A DNA stretch of 58,499 nt from an uncultured bacterium. GTDB taxonomy: Bacteria; Zixibacteria; MSB-5A5; SM1-73. The stretch lies in NCBI GenBank assembly GCA_965369445.1, contig CBDUQU010000002.1, positions 1 to 58,499 of the forward strand, written 5' to 3'. Position numbers and translations under genes: made by a program. Each line of letters opens with the position of its first letter. The stretch's first letter is position 1. Positions 8,396 through 18,434 of the stretch are shown in pieces. Under the pieces are notes generated by a model that was given only the letters and a program-made list of their open reading frames with translations, was not told the origin of the DNA and ran no database searches.

Positions 8396-8433
8396 GGCAC
8401 TCTGTGTTGGGGGAGTGATAAGGACTCCGCGTA

Positions 8434-9102
8434 TTACATCTCTTCTCTAGCCTTGAGACTCTCCTCGACTATCTTCACTCCGGAGGAGGTGCCAATCCTA
8501 TTGGCGCCGGCATGAATTAGCTTCATAGCGGTCGCGTACTCGCGAATTCCTCCGGAGGCTTTGACTCCCATACTTTCGCCTGCAATCTTTCTTAAGAGCT
8601 TCACGTCTTCTACGGTGGCGCCGCCGTATCCAAATCCGGTGGAGGTCTTGACGAAATCGGCTTCGCAGGCCTTGACTATCTCGGTGGCTTTCACTTTCTC
8701 CTCGTTGGTCAACACGCCTGCCTCGATTATTACCTTCAGTACTTTATCGTTCCCAATTGCATTTCGGACATCCTTGATCTCTTTCTCCACCAGCATAAGA
8801 TTGCCGGTTTTGAAGGCGCCGATATTCATCACCATATCGATCTCATCAGCGCCATCGCGAATGCCGATCTCCGCCTCTTTAGCTTTGATCTCGGGCTTGC
8901 TGGCCCCCAACGGGAAGCCGGAAACGGTGCACACCATGACCCCGGTGCCTTCAAGCTGATCTTTGCAGTACCTCACCCAAACCGGATTTACCACTATGGT
9001 AATGAAGCCATGCTCCCTGCCCTGCACGCAGAGCTGTTCCACCTGCTGCCTGACAACGTCCGGCTTGAGAAGAGACTGATCGATCATCCTGGCTATGTCC
9101 AT
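8434..9102 (-). CDS. deoC: Deoxyribose-phosphate aldolase
   Basis: IDQSLLKPD, VKTSTGF (Schiff-base Lys) and VKASGGIR motifs. The ATG at 9102, preceded by gagagg, is preferred over the TTG at 9138. Confidence 0.9.
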   Translation of the reverse strand: MDIARMIDQSLLKPDVVRQQVEQLCVQGREHGFITIVVNPVWVRYCKDQLEGTGVMVCTVSGFPLGASKPEIKAKEAEIGIRDGADEIDMVMNIGAFKTGNLMLVEKEIKDVRNAIGNDKVLKVIIEAGVLTNEEKVKATEIVKACEADFVKTSTGFGYGGATVEDVKLLRKIAGESMGVKASGGIREYATAMKLIHAGANRIGTSSGVKIVEESLKAREEM

Positions 9103-9197
9103 CTGAACCTCTCTGTTTAAGTCCGCCGTCCGCCGCAAAATCCCTGAGGTTTGTTAAATCCGTTTAATCCGCTCGATCCGCTGACCGTCTTATCTGT

Positions 9198-9581
9198 TCA
9201 CCCTTTGTCAAAAGCCTTAGGCAGTAGCTCCTTCAGAGTATACCTCTCCACTTTCCCCTTGAGATTGGCACAAACGATCTTCAGGTCCTTCACAAACTCG
9301 GAGAGAACCTGCCTGCAGGCTCCGCACGGGGTCACCGGGGGATTCCTATCCGTCACCACCGCTATCTTGGCGAAATTCCTATCTCCTTTGTTCACCGCCT
9401 TGAATACTGCAATCCTCTCGGCACAGACGGTCAACCCAAAGGTGGAATTCTCCACGTTTGCGCCGGTGTATACCTTGCCGCTTTTGGTCAACAGCGCGGC
9501 ACCGACCTTGAAGTTGGAGTAGGGAGCATACGCCTTAAGTCTGGCCCTTTTAGCTTTTTCGATTAACTCTTTTTCTGTCAT
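9198..9581 (-). CDS. cdd: Cytidine deaminase
   Basis: CAERIAVFKAV and PCGACRQVL zinc-binding motifs. True start is MTEKELIEKA at 9581. The 9797 start in the ORF track would overlap deoB. Confidence 0.9.
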   Translation of the reverse strand: MTEKELIEKAKRARLKAYAPYSNFKVGAALLTKSGKVYTGANVENSTFGLTVCAERIAVFKAVNKGDRNFAKIAVVTDRNPPVTPCGACRQVLSEFVKDLKIVCANLKGKVERYTLKELLPKAFDKG

Positions 9582-9660
9582 GATTCCCAATCTGTGAACG
9601 CGAATTTGTAGCCGCCCCGCCTTTGGCGGGGCGCTCTCTCTCGCACCCTGAAGGGTACGG

Positions 9661-10833
9661 CTACCATCTGATCTCCTCAAGGAAGCTCTTCCCGCTTCCC
9701 GTTCCTTTGATACCGAAAATCTCGGCAATGGTTGCGCCCACATCGGCGAAACTCTCTCGCACTCCCAGATTCTTGCCCTTTGCGATCGACTCGCCACACA
9801 CCAGCAGGGGCACGTATTCTCGGGAATGATCGGTGCTGGGAGTGGTGGGATCGCATCCGTGATCTGCGGTGATGATTAGGATATCCTGTTTTTGCAGAAG
9901 CTCCATCACCTCAGGCAATCTCCTGTCGAATTCTTCCAGGCCGTGGGCAAACGCGCGTGGATCGTTGCGGTGCCCCCACAGCATGTCGAAATCGACTAAG
10001 TTTATGAAAATAAGCCCTTCTTTGAATTCCTGTACCGCCTCAACCAGCCTATCCATACCATCTGAGTTATTCTTCGAATGGATGCTAAAAGTTAAGCCCT
10101 TTCCGGCGAAGAGATCTTTGATCTTACCCAAGCCGATGACCGGCAGGTGATTTCTTTTTAGAATGTCCAAGGCCGTGTCGGATGGCGGAGGCAAAGAGAA
10201 GTCCTTTCTTCGCTCGGTCCTTTTGAAAGAGCCCGGCTTTCCCACGAAGGGGCGCGCAATTACCCTGACCACAGCGTGTTCTCCCACCAGTATGTTTCTG
10301 GCGGTCCTGCACATCTGGTACAACCTGTCTACCGGGATGATCTCTTCATGAGCGGCACTCTGGAAGACGCTGTCGGCTGAAGTGTAGACTATGGGCTTGC
10401 CCGTTCTGACGTGCTCTTCCCCAAGCTCCTTAATGATCTCGGTCCCGGAAGCGGGCTTGTTCCCCAGAATCTTCTTGCTAATGGCTCGTTCAAACGGCTG
10501 GATTACCTCCGGCGGAAAACCTTGGGGATAGACCGGATGAGGTTTCTCCGTGATCAAGCCCATGATCTCCCAGTGCCCGCTGCTGCTGTCCTTTCCTACG
10601 GAAAGCTCAGCCATCTTCCCAAAATTGGCCAGAGCTGAAGCGTTGGGACTGACCCCAAGAATGGTATCGATGTTTCCCAGGCCCAGCTTCTCCAGGTTGG
10701 GCAGCTTCAGTCCCCCCACTGCTCTTGCAGTATTGACTATAGTATTTGACCCCTCGTCGTTATAGAGATGCGCATCGGGAAGTTCGCCGATGCCGCAGGC
10801 GTCCAGGATGATCAGGATAACTCGCTTGCTCAT
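9661..10833 (-). CDS. deoB: Phosphopentomutase
   Basis: [17 protein letters not shown] and [10 protein letters not shown] motifs, length 390 aa. Forms a deoB-cdd-deoC operon on the minus strand. Confidence 0.9.
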   Translation of the reverse strand: MSKRVILIILDACGIGELPDAHLYNDEGSNTIVNTARAVGGLKLPNLEKLGLGNIDTILGVSPNASALANFGKMAELSVGKDSSSGHWEIMGLITEKPHPVYPQGFPPEVIQPFERAISKKILGNKPASGTEIIKELGEEHVRTGKPIVYTSADSVFQSAAHEEIIPVDRLYQMCRTARNILVGEHAVVRVIARPFVGKPGSFKRTERRKDFSLPPPSDTALDILKRNHLPVIGLGKIKDLFAGKGLTFSIHSKNNSDGMDRLVEAVQEFKEGLIFINLVDFDMLWGHRNDPRAFAHGLEEFDRRLPEVMELLQKQDILIITADHGCDPTTPSTDHSREYVPLLVCGESIAKGKNLGVRESFADVGATIAEIFGIKGTGSGKSFLEEIRW

Positions 10834-10953
10834 GGCAGACGAAATCTAACGGGTCAGAAGCCAAATGTAAAGCGAAATGATGATAGACTAATCGGTTAGG
10901 CTTCCTGGCGACGAGCCTATAGCAGATTTATTAGAAAAATCAAGAAAAAGTAC

Positions 10954-10981
10954 TTGACAAATTACGGGTTGTCTGTATTAT
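10954..10981 (+). promoter_or_regulatory. Putative sigma70-type promoter of the cohesin/dockerin gene
   Basis: TTGACA, 16-nt spacer, TATTAT, about 100 nt upstream of the ATG at 11083. Confidence 0.35.
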
Positions 10982-11082
10982 AAGAGTAGATTTCAAAGAA
11001 AGTGGGCTGTGATTTTGTGACCCTTTGCTAAAGGTTTTTTAAAACCAAGAACCTTTAACCTTTCACTGCGGAGGGTCTTTCT

Positions 11083-12684
11083 ATGTGTCTCTTAAAACCA
11101 CAACCGGTTTTAGGGCGAGCATTTGTTGCTGTTTGCCTTTTGGTTGTTCTTCTGGTCATCAATCCGCGCTTTGCCAGAGGCCAGGCGGAATTGGACCCGG
11201 TTCGTCTGGATCCTGTGGGAAAAACCACCTTAGCGTCTATCAAGATTGACACCGTCAGCCAGACCTATCCCTCCCCAGCGGAGATCCCAATTTTGATTCG
11301 AAACGATGTGGAGATTGGTCAATTCCAATTGGAGGTCGATTTCTGCTACCAACACCTCACCTTTGTGGGAGCAGAGAGAGGAGAAGCTCTCTCCGACACG
11401 ACCGACGGAAGATATGATTGGGAGAAATTCACCTACCGTCTTCTTACCCATACAGACACCCTTTACAAGGTGCAGCTCTTCGGAATCTACGATCTTCCAG
11501 ATGGGCTTCCCGGAGTTCCACTTGGCCCAAACTCTGAGTATGTGAGTCTGGTAGTGCTGCACTTCGTCTTTAACAACTGGTTCCCTGAGGATACTTTTTT
11601 ACCCATCGTATTCGAGTGGGAAGTGGGTGACTGCCTCGAGAACACTCTTCAGAACCTGTTCTATGATACCTTATATGTCAGCCAGGATTCTGCTCAGTTC
11701 AATACCTTCGAGTGTCCTCCGGAGAGTCTGGAATTTCTTTCTATGCTCCCCTCTTTAGAGTTTTTTGATGGAGGAATTTACGCCGCGGGCGATACGGGGG
11801 GCTGTAAACGGGGCGACATCAATTATAACAGCATCCCGTATGAGGTAGCAGATCTGGTGCTGTTTTACAGCTTCCTTCTTGAGGGTCCGGGAGTGCTTCA
11901 TTACGATTCCGTGTATCAGACCTGCGCATCCGACGTAAATGCCGACAGCCTGTACTGGACCATTGCCGACCTTCTCTATTTAGTTCGGGTCATTCTCCAC
12001 GACTCGCCGGAAATCCCGCTGAAAGGTGCGGAAGGTGGTTGGCAGGAGCATTCCTCTGACGAGTTGAGACTGGTTTCTTCCTCGGCTCATCCGGGAGAAC
12101 TCGTTTCCGTTCCTGTGTGGCTGTCAAATTCCATCAACGCTTGGGGCACAACCTTCAAGCTGGTCTTTGACGAAAGCGCACTCTCTGTTGAGCGGGTGGA
12201 AATTGCGCAAACCCGAATCGCAGAGTGGGAAGAGGTTAATCCGGTGATCAATCCGGGCGAGCTGTTTTTCCTGGCCTTTGTCAATTTACTCCCCAGCGAA
12301 GGTGGCTATCCGTCCATTGGATCGGGTGAAGGTATCTTGGTAAGAGTGGATTTCAGGGTGGATGAAAGCGTTCCTTCTGGAACGTTTCTGCCGATCACCT
12401 TCGAAGCTGTAGAAGCTCTTGGACACTATAACTCCTACACCGATACGACGGGTCTGACCTTTGTTCAACCACCCACCGTCTCCGGCTGGATATTTACCGA
12501 TGTGATCTCAGGCGATGCCAACAGCGATGGAATCGTTGACGTGGCTGACTTAGTTTACGTCATAAACTACCTATACAGGGGAGGCATGCCGCCCAGTCCG
12601 GTGAGCCTGGGAGACTTCAACCAGGATGGCGAGGTCAATCTGGCCGACTTGGTTGCCCTGATCAACTACCTTTTCCGCGGCTAA
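11083..12684 (+). CDS. Secreted protein with two cohesin-like modules and a C-terminal type I dockerin
   Basis: Signal peptide. Cohesin-like IPILIRNDVEIGQFQLEVDF and LVSVPVWLSNSINAWGTTFKLVFDESAL. Duplicated dockerin Ca-binding repeats GDANSDGIVDVADLVYVINYLYRGG and GDFNQDGEVNLADLVALINYLFRG. Confidence 0.7.
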   Translation: MCLLKPQPVLGRAFVAVCLLVVLLVINPRFARGQAELDPVRLDPVGKTTLASIKIDTVSQTYPSPAEIPILIRNDVEIGQFQLEVDFCYQHLTFVGAERGEALSDTTDGRYDWEKFTYRLLTHTDTLYKVQLFGIYDLPDGLPGVPLGPNSEYVSLVVLHFVFNNWFPEDTFLPIVFEWEVGDCLENTLQNLFYDTLYVSQDSAQFNTFECPPESLEFLSMLPSLEFFDGGIYAAGDTGGCKRGDINYNSIPYEVADLVLFYSFLLEGPGVLHYDSVYQTCASDVNADSLYWTIADLLYLVRVILHDSPEIPLKGAEGGWQEHSSDELRLVSSSAHPGELVSVPVWLSNSINAWGTTFKLVFDESALSVERVEIAQTRIAEWEEVNPVINPGELFFLAFVNLLPSEGGYPSIGSGEGILVRVDFRVDESVPSGTFLPITFEAVEALGHYNSYTDTTGLTFVQPPTVSGWIFTDVISGDANSDGIVDVADLVYVINYLYRGGMPPSPVSLGDFNQDGEVNLADLVALINYLFRG

Positions 12685-12705
12685 CCTCAAAAGAGCCAAG
12701 AAAAA

Positions 12706-12742
12706 GCCCCCCTCTTGCCGGGTCAAGGGAGGGGCTTTTTTC
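12706..12742 (+). terminator. Rho-independent terminator
   Basis: GC-rich hairpin gcccccctctt / aagggaggggc followed by TTTTTT, directly after the stop at 12684. Confidence 0.6.
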
Positions 12743-12783
12743 AAGGTATCGACAGCACTCCTGAGCAAAAACCAAAAAATATC

Positions 12784-12812
12784 TTGACTTTGGTAAGTCA
12801 TTCCCTTATAGT
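12784..12812 (+). promoter_or_regulatory. Putative sigma70-type promoter of the scaffoldin-like gene
   Basis: TTGACT, 17-nt spacer, TATAGT. This would give a leader of about 260 nt. Confidence 0.35.
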
Positions 12813-13076
12813 ACTGTTGCTTGCATAAGAGAGTATGTGGGCTGGTAAACTAACGACGTTAGACGATTCTCTTGTCACATCAACACATAAGTGCCATCGG
12901 TTTTAGAATGAATAGCCCGGCTTTTACAGGAATAAAAAGATATAAGTGTGATCCACCTTTCGGGTAACCGGCTGCCCGATTCTGAGTTTGCGGTGAACGG
13001 CCTTCCCGCGAGCAAGGTCGTTTAAGTCAGGTTCCCTCAATTAGTCTCTAACTCTCCCATCGGAAGGAGTCGAGAA

Positions 13077-16000
13077 ATGAAACTGAAAAAAATCTTCTAT
13101 CTGCTGGTAGCCGCGCTTCTGTTTTGTCCCTTCGCAGCAGGCAGCGCGGAAACGTTTGAAGTCGTCGTAGAGGACAGCATTCTGGCCTATGCTGGTCAGC
13201 CGGACCTGGAAGTACCGGTTTATTTTGAGCAATCGGACGGGGTGTACTATTTTCGGGTGGAAGTGGAGTATGACCCGAGTAAGCTGGAATTCCTGTACGC
13301 CAGCACTGGTCGCTTTGGGTCTGTCAACGCTCACACTAATTTCTGCGGTCCCGGCTTTTTGCACGTTTTCGCTTTTGCAGGGGGAGACGGGTGCGCCGAG
13401 CCGGGGAGCGAACCGGCGTTTTACATCCACTTTGCGGTAGATGGGGGTGTTTCCGAGGAGACCGTCATCCCTCTGACCTTCAACGATCCATTCTGCTACT
13501 CCCTGCAGGCGGTGGTGAATGGATGCGCCCCGAGTTACCCGACGTACATCCCAACTTACGACTTTGGGAGCGTGTACATCCCACCGGTTCCGGAGTTTGA
13601 ATTTGCCATCTCCGAAAACATACCAGCCTACCCTGGCCAGCCGGATCTCGAGGTCCCGGTCTACTTCGATCAAGGCGCGGGGGTGTATTACTTCCGGGTG
13701 GAAGTGGAATATGACGCCAGTAAGCTGGAATTCCTGTCTGTCAGCGGTGGTCGCTTCACAAGCTTTAACGCGCACACCGACTTCTGTGGTCCAGGATTCT
13801 TGCACGTCTTCGGCTTTGCAGGGGGAGCGGAAGACTGCACCCAGCCGGGAAGTGAGCCGGCTTTTTACATTCATTTCAGGGTGGATGGGTCGGTTCCCGG
13901 TGGGACCACCATCCCTTTGATCTTCAACGATCCCTTCTGCTATTCGCTCCAGGCCGTGGTCAACGGATGCGCGCCGGAGTATCCGGCCTACAGCGCCACT
14001 TACGATTTCGGGAGTGTATACGTCGAGGCGCTTCCGGAGTTCGAGGTCATCATCGCCGACAACATCTCCGCCTATCCCGGTCAGTCCGACCTCGAGGTTC
14101 CGGTCTACTTGGATCAGGGGGTCGGTGTCAACTATTTCCGGGTGGAGCTGGAATACGACCCGAATCAGTTGCAGTACAGATTCGCTGAGGCTGGTCGCTT
14201 TGGGATTCTCAACGCCCATACTGATTTCTGCGGCCCTGGATTCTTACATGTTTTCTTGACCGCAGGGGCGGAAGGCTGCATCCAGCCGGGAAGCGAGCCT
14301 GCCTTCTACGTTCACTTCAAGGTCCAGGATACCGTGTCGGTAGGGAACGTGATACCCTTGGTCTTCAATAATCCGTTCTGCTACTCGCTCCAGGCAGTAG
14401 TCAACGGATGCGCGCCGGACTACTTTGCCTACATCCCAACCTATGACTTCGGAAGCGTCTTTGTTGATCACAGGGGAGTCAAGTTTACCCTTCCGGACAA
14501 TGTTCTGACTTATGCCGGCAGTAATGCCCGGCTCCCGGTCTACGTGCACAATGAGGAGGGCTTGATATACTTCAGGGTAGATATGGCCTACGATCCGGAC
14601 AAGCTGATCTACCAAAGCGTGGAGGATGCTCGCTTTGCTGTCACCAATACCCTCTTCTGCGGGGACGATCCCGCACATGTTTCGGTCTTCTCCACCAACG
14701 GTCACTGCATCTTGGCTGATCCCGATTATCCCGGAGGAGTCGGATTTTACATCACCTTCAAGGTGCAGTCCGGGGTCCCCGTCGGAACGGTCATCCCCAT
14801 AACCTTTACCGATACCACCTGCAACCTGATTCTCACTCTGGCCAACGGCTGCGAGCCGATGTACTCCACGTTCCTTCCGGAATGGGATCACGGCAGCATC
14901 AAGGTCAAAAGCCAGCCATCACCGGGTTGTCCTTTTGTCTTTGCTTGGACGGGAGAACGCTTTGAGAAGGACAACACCATCCTGACTCAATCAGAGGATC
15001 CGTACAGGTCTGAGCTTTCTGTCACAGATCATCTGCTCTTGAGGCAAAAGCCGGCCCTGGTGCAGGATGAGTACCGGCTGCAGATCCGGGAGTTCGAGCA
15101 GGAGGTCTCCTACCTGGACAATCTCGAGTTGATTGTGGTGGATCATGCTCTGGGAACCGAGGTGGCGGTATCTCCCGACGGAGAGATTCACCTGTATGAG
15201 AATGAGATCGCTCCGCTTTCCTGTACCGATCATAACGGAGTTGATCAATTGGACAAGATCAGGGAAAAGGACGGAGTCTTCTATACCTGTGACCAGGCTG
15301 GTCATCTGGTGCTCACCCTAAAGCAGGAGGTAAACTCGGAAGGTCTTCCTTCCTTTGTCGTTTCCGGGGTGGGCCCGCGTCCCCCACCAAAGAACATTCC
15401 GAAAACAGCCGGTTCGCCCGAGCCTTCCATGCTCAAAATCGAGATCCAGGCAAAGGATGGGAGTTGGATCGAACTATCCGATCTTCCTCCTCGAGATAGT
15501 CCACAGAAATCCTTCTGCTTCATTGATCCTCAATACGTGGATGAAAACGGAGAGATGAAAATCAGGATCTCCTGGACAGGCTTCTATTCGGCGGACGAGA
15601 TAAGTTACTTTCTGGTGAGCTCTGAGAAGCCTGAGCTTTACCGCAATCTTCCGGTTCGGGCATCCCATTCGGCAAGTGCTCGGGTCTTGAGCCGGCTGGA
15701 GCAGGAGGATGGAGAATTCGTCGTGCTTTCACCCGGTGAGAAAATTGAGCTGGTTTTTCTCTCCCCGGGAAACCCGAAGCCGGACGTCGCCAGGGACTTC
15801 GTCTTAAGATCCCGCGGATATTATGTGCAGCAGCACAAAACGGGTGCGCCCTCCCTGCCTTCGGTCTGCCAGCTCCTGGACAACTATCCTAACCCGTTCA
15901 ACATGGAGACAATCATCTCTTACGTTCTGTCTCAGGAGGCCAACGTGCAGCTTCGAGTTTACAACGTCCTGGGAGAGAGAGTCAGAACCCTGGTGGACGA

Positions 16001-16139
16001 GCGTCAAACCCCCGGTACCAAGAAGGTCAGCTGGGACGGAAAGGATGAGAGAGGAGAGGACGTGACCAGCGGCGTTTACTTCTATAAGCTGAAAGCAGGT
16101 GCCAGCGTGCACTCCAAGAAGATGTTGCTGCTGAAGTAA
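13077..16139 (+). CDS. Large surface protein with four tandem cohesin-like modules, an unknown middle domain and a T9SS (Por) C-terminal sorting domain
   Basis: Signal peptide. Four modules of about 147 aa (LEVPVYF.Q..GVYYFRVEVEYD..KLEF...). C-terminal NYPNPFN...VYNVLGERVRTLVD...SGVYFYKL is typical of T9SS/FlgD-Ig-like sorting domains. Confidence 0.75.
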   Translation: MKLKKIFYLLVAALLFCPFAAGSAETFEVVVEDSILAYAGQPDLEVPVYFEQSDGVYYFRVEVEYDPSKLEFLYASTGRFGSVNAHTNFCGPGFLHVFAFAGGDGCAEPGSEPAFYIHFAVDGGVSEETVIPLTFNDPFCYSLQAVVNGCAPSYPTYIPTYDFGSVYIPPVPEFEFAISENIPAYPGQPDLEVPVYFDQGAGVYYFRVEVEYDASKLEFLSVSGGRFTSFNAHTDFCGPGFLHVFGFAGGAEDCTQPGSEPAFYIHFRVDGSVPGGTTIPLIFNDPFCYSLQAVVNGCAPEYPAYSATYDFGSVYVEALPEFEVIIADNISAYPGQSDLEVPVYLDQGVGVNYFRVELEYDPNQLQYRFAEAGRFGILNAHTDFCGPGFLHVFLTAGAEGCIQPGSEPAFYVHFKVQDTVSVGNVIPLVFNNPFCYSLQAVVNGCAPDYFAYIPTYDFGSVFVDHRGVKFTLPDNVLTYAGSNARLPVYVHNEEGLIYFRVDMAYDPDKLIYQSVEDARFAVTNTLFCGDDPAHVSVFSTNGHCILADPDYPGGVGFYITFKVQSGVPVGTVIPITFTDTTCNLILTLANGCEPMYSTFLPEWDHGSIKVKSQPSPGCPFVFAWTGERFEKDNTILTQSEDPYRSELSVTDHLLLRQKPALVQDEYRLQIREFEQEVSYLDNLELIVVDHALGTEVAVSPDGEIHLYENEIAPLSCTDHNGVDQLDKIREKDGVFYTCDQAGHLVLTLKQEVNSEGLPSFVVSGVGPRPPPKNIPKTAGSPEPSMLKIEIQAKDGSWIELSDLPPRDSPQKSFCFIDPQYVDENGEMKIRISWTGFYSADEISYFLVSSEKPELYRNLPVRASHSASARVLSRLEQEDGEFVVLSPGEKIELVFLSPGNPKPDVARDFVLRSRGYYVQQHKTGAPSLPSVCQLLDNYPNPFNMETIISYVLSQEANVQLRVYNVLGERVRTLVDERQTPGTKKVSWDGKDERGEDVTSGVYFYKLKAGASVHSKKMLLLK
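13155..14907 (+). repeat. Intragenic tandem repeat, 4 units of about 438-444 bp
   Basis: Units start at 13155, 13596, 14040 and 14478. Units 1-3 are highly similar at the nucleotide level; unit 4 is diverged. Confidence 0.8.
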
Positions 16140-16169
16140 CGCATTCCTCCCCTGGTTTTGGCGGCAGAT

Positions 16170-16205
16170 GAATCACCTCAGTCTCTCACTAGGCTGAGGT
16201 GATTC
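16170..16205 (+). terminator. Putative terminator hairpin
   Basis: gaatcacctcag...ctgaggtgattc inverted repeat 30 nt after the stop. The T-tract is weak. Confidence 0.4.
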
Positions 16206-16435
16206 TTATCTGTACCCCGCTTTTGACACTTTCAAAAGGGGCATCTGTTCTTGGCCCGGCAACCTGCGCTCTGAAGCGTACCCTAAAGGGTGCGGCTACC
16301 GGTTTGGATGTCTGCCGCCGTCTACCAGCGGATAGGATCGATCCTACCCCCTTCACCGATCTTTCTGACGCACTCAGAATGAAAAGTGGTTTGCCTGTTT
16401 TCCGTTGACAAGTGGGCAATTTGTGTTAACTTGAT

Positions 16436-17305
16436 ATGCTCTGGAGAGTTAATCTCATGCGCATTACAGATCCAAAAATAAAGCACCTGATACACCTGGC
16501 GCTGTCGGAGGATATCGGCAGCGGGGATGTGACCTCAGAAGCACTTCTGGGGAACGAACCTTCCGGTCAGGCAGTCATCGCAGCCAAACAGGAAGGGGTT
16601 CTGGCCGGATTGCCGGTAGCCAGGATGGTATTCCGGACGGTGAATCCCAGGGTCGTTTTCAGAATACTCAAACAAGACGGGGAAAGGATCAAGAAGGGTC
16701 AGAAGGTGGCTTTGATTCAGGGCAAGACGAAGGGAATACTCTCTGCGGAAAGAACGGCATTGAATTTCCTGCAAAAACTCTCCGGAATTGCCACCCTGAC
16801 CGCAAAGTATGCGGAGAGAATAAAAGGAACCAAAACAAAGATTCTGGATACCAGAAAGACCACGCCGGGCCTGAGGGTGCTCGAAAAGTATGCGGTGAAG
16901 ACAGGGGGCGGCGAGAATCATCGCATGGGGTTGTTCGACATGATCCTGATTAAGGAGAATCACATCAAGGCCGCGGGTGGGGTCTCCAGGGCGATCATGC
17001 TGGCGCGATCGAAGTGCCCAAAAGAGAAGATTGAGATGGAGGTCAGAAATCTATCCGAGGTGAGGGAGGCAATTGAGTCAAAGCCGGATTGGATAATGCT
17101 GGACAACATGAGGATTGACCGGATGAGAAAGGCCGTGCGAATGATCCGCTCCGCCAGCCGGGCCATCAAAATCGAAGCGTCGGGGAGCGTCAACCTAAAG
17201 AATGTCAGAAAGATCGCATTGACCGGAGTCGACTTCATCTCGGTGGGGGCTTTGACTCATTCCGCCCCTGCGCTGGATATGAGTCTGATACTTGTCGAAC
17301 CGTAG
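16436..17305 (+). CDS. nadC: Nicotinate-nucleotide diphosphorylase (quinolinate phosphoribosyltransferase)
   Basis: LSAERTALNFLQ..SGIAT, DTRKTTPGLR, NHR and IEASGG motifs of QPRTase. The start may be the ATG at 16457. Confidence 0.9.
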   Translation: MLWRVNLMRITDPKIKHLIHLALSEDIGSGDVTSEALLGNEPSGQAVIAAKQEGVLAGLPVARMVFRTVNPRVVFRILKQDGERIKKGQKVALIQGKTKGILSAERTALNFLQKLSGIATLTAKYAERIKGTKTKILDTRKTTPGLRVLEKYAVKTGGGENHRMGLFDMILIKENHIKAAGGVSRAIMLARSKCPKEKIEMEVRNLSEVREAIESKPDWIMLDNMRIDRMRKAVRMIRSASRAIKIEASGSVNLKNVRKIALTGVDFISVGALTHSAPALDMSLILVEP

Positions 17306-17352
17306 TTACGGATTTGAGTAAGGACGCTTTAACTCCATCACCCGACATATGG

Positions 17353-17373
17353 GGGCGGGAATTCATCCCGCCC
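17353..17373. repeat. REP-like hairpin, R1 family (cgggaattcatcccg)
   Basis: Stem GGGCGGGA/TCCCGCCC around loop ATTCA. Other copies lie at 34507-34521 and 56851-56865, with an inverted variant at 27294-27308. Confidence 0.7.
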
Positions 17374-17440
17374 TCATGCTTAGCTCGTTCGGCGAGGGAT
17401 TGGGTTTCACCCACATAACCAGGAGAGCGACGGACGTTAT

Positions 17441-18427
17441 ATGACAAGAAGTATGCAGGCAGCCGGTGAAGAGGTGCTTTCACTTCTACGAAGAAGTCGG
17501 CGAACATTTTTGAGCACAAAAGAGATCTCGGAGACGCTGCGGGTGCATCCTTACGTGGTCTATCAGGCGGTCAAGGAACTCCGAAGGTGGGACTTTGAGA
17601 TCTTATCCGAAAAGGGAAGGGGCTACCGGCTGCTGAAAAGCCCTGATCTCATTCTGGCTGGAGAGGTGAAGGGAAAGCTGAAGACGAAGATTCTGGGAAA
17701 GGACGTCCTGTCCTACCGCAGCGTGGGATCGACCAACCGGTTGGGATTCCGTCTGGCAGAGGCGGGAGCCAGGGAGGGGACTCTGATCGTGGCGGATGAA
17801 CAGACCAAAGGTAAGGGAAGAATGGGGAGGGGCTGGTATTCCCCGCCGGGGCTGGGTTTGTGGATAAGCCTTATCTTGCGCCCGAACGTACCGCCCTTTA
17901 AGGCCCCCGGGCTCTCCCTCTGTGCCGGATTGGCCCTGGCCCAAACCATCAGAAAACTCACCGGATTGGATGCCAGGATAAAATGGCCCAATGATTGTTT
18001 GATAAACGGTCTGAAGGTGGGCGGAATACTCCTCGAACTCTCCGCGGAGCTGGACAGAACCAATTTCGTCGTCGCGGGGATAGGAGTGAACGTTAACCAC
18101 CTACCCAAGGATTTCCCCAAGAATCTCTCCGCACGTGCCACCTCTATCAGGATGGAGTGGGGAGAGGAAATCACTAGGGTGAAGCTTCTGACCTCCTTTC
18201 TCAAGAGATTTGAAGCCATCTACCTGGATTTCAAAAAGAATGGATTGTCTCCACAGCGCCAGCTGATAAAGAAGTTCTCTTCGCTTCTGGGCAGAAGCGT
18301 GACTGTGAAATTCGGACGAGAGAAGGTAGAGGGACTGGCCCAGGACATTGACGATGATGGATCTTTAGTGATAAGAACTACAAAGGGTAAGAAGGTCGTC
18401 AGGGCAGGTGAGGTGACGGTGGTGTGA
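17441..18427 (+). CDS. birA: Bifunctional biotin-[acetyl-CoA-carboxylase] ligase / repressor BirA
   Basis: N-terminal winged HTH, GKGRMGRGWYSPPG (GRGRxGRxW-type) motif and KWPND. Confidence 0.85.
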   Translation: MTRSMQAAGEEVLSLLRRSRRTFLSTKEISETLRVHPYVVYQAVKELRRWDFEILSEKGRGYRLLKSPDLILAGEVKGKLKTKILGKDVLSYRSVGSTNRLGFRLAEAGAREGTLIVADEQTKGKGRMGRGWYSPPGLGLWISLILRPNVPPFKAPGLSLCAGLALAQTIRKLTGLDARIKWPNDCLINGLKVGGILLELSAELDRTNFVVAGIGVNVNHLPKDFPKNLSARATSIRMEWGEEITRVKLLTSFLKRFEAIYLDFKKNGLSPQRQLIKKFSSLLGRSVTVKFGREKVEGLAQDIDDDGSLVIRTTKGKKVVRAGEVTVV

Positions 18428-18434
18428 TTTTCCA

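Noticed and set aside
9582-9797. 72-codon N-terminal extension of cdd
   Set aside because: It would overlap the 3' end of deoB and run across a REP-like hairpin. The canonical cytidine deaminase length is restored by the ATG at 9581.
13041-14219. 392-aa minus-strand ORF
   Set aside because: It is antisense to the cohesin-repeat gene. It is itself internally repetitive because it mirrors the 441-bp tandem repeats, and it has no start context or motifs.
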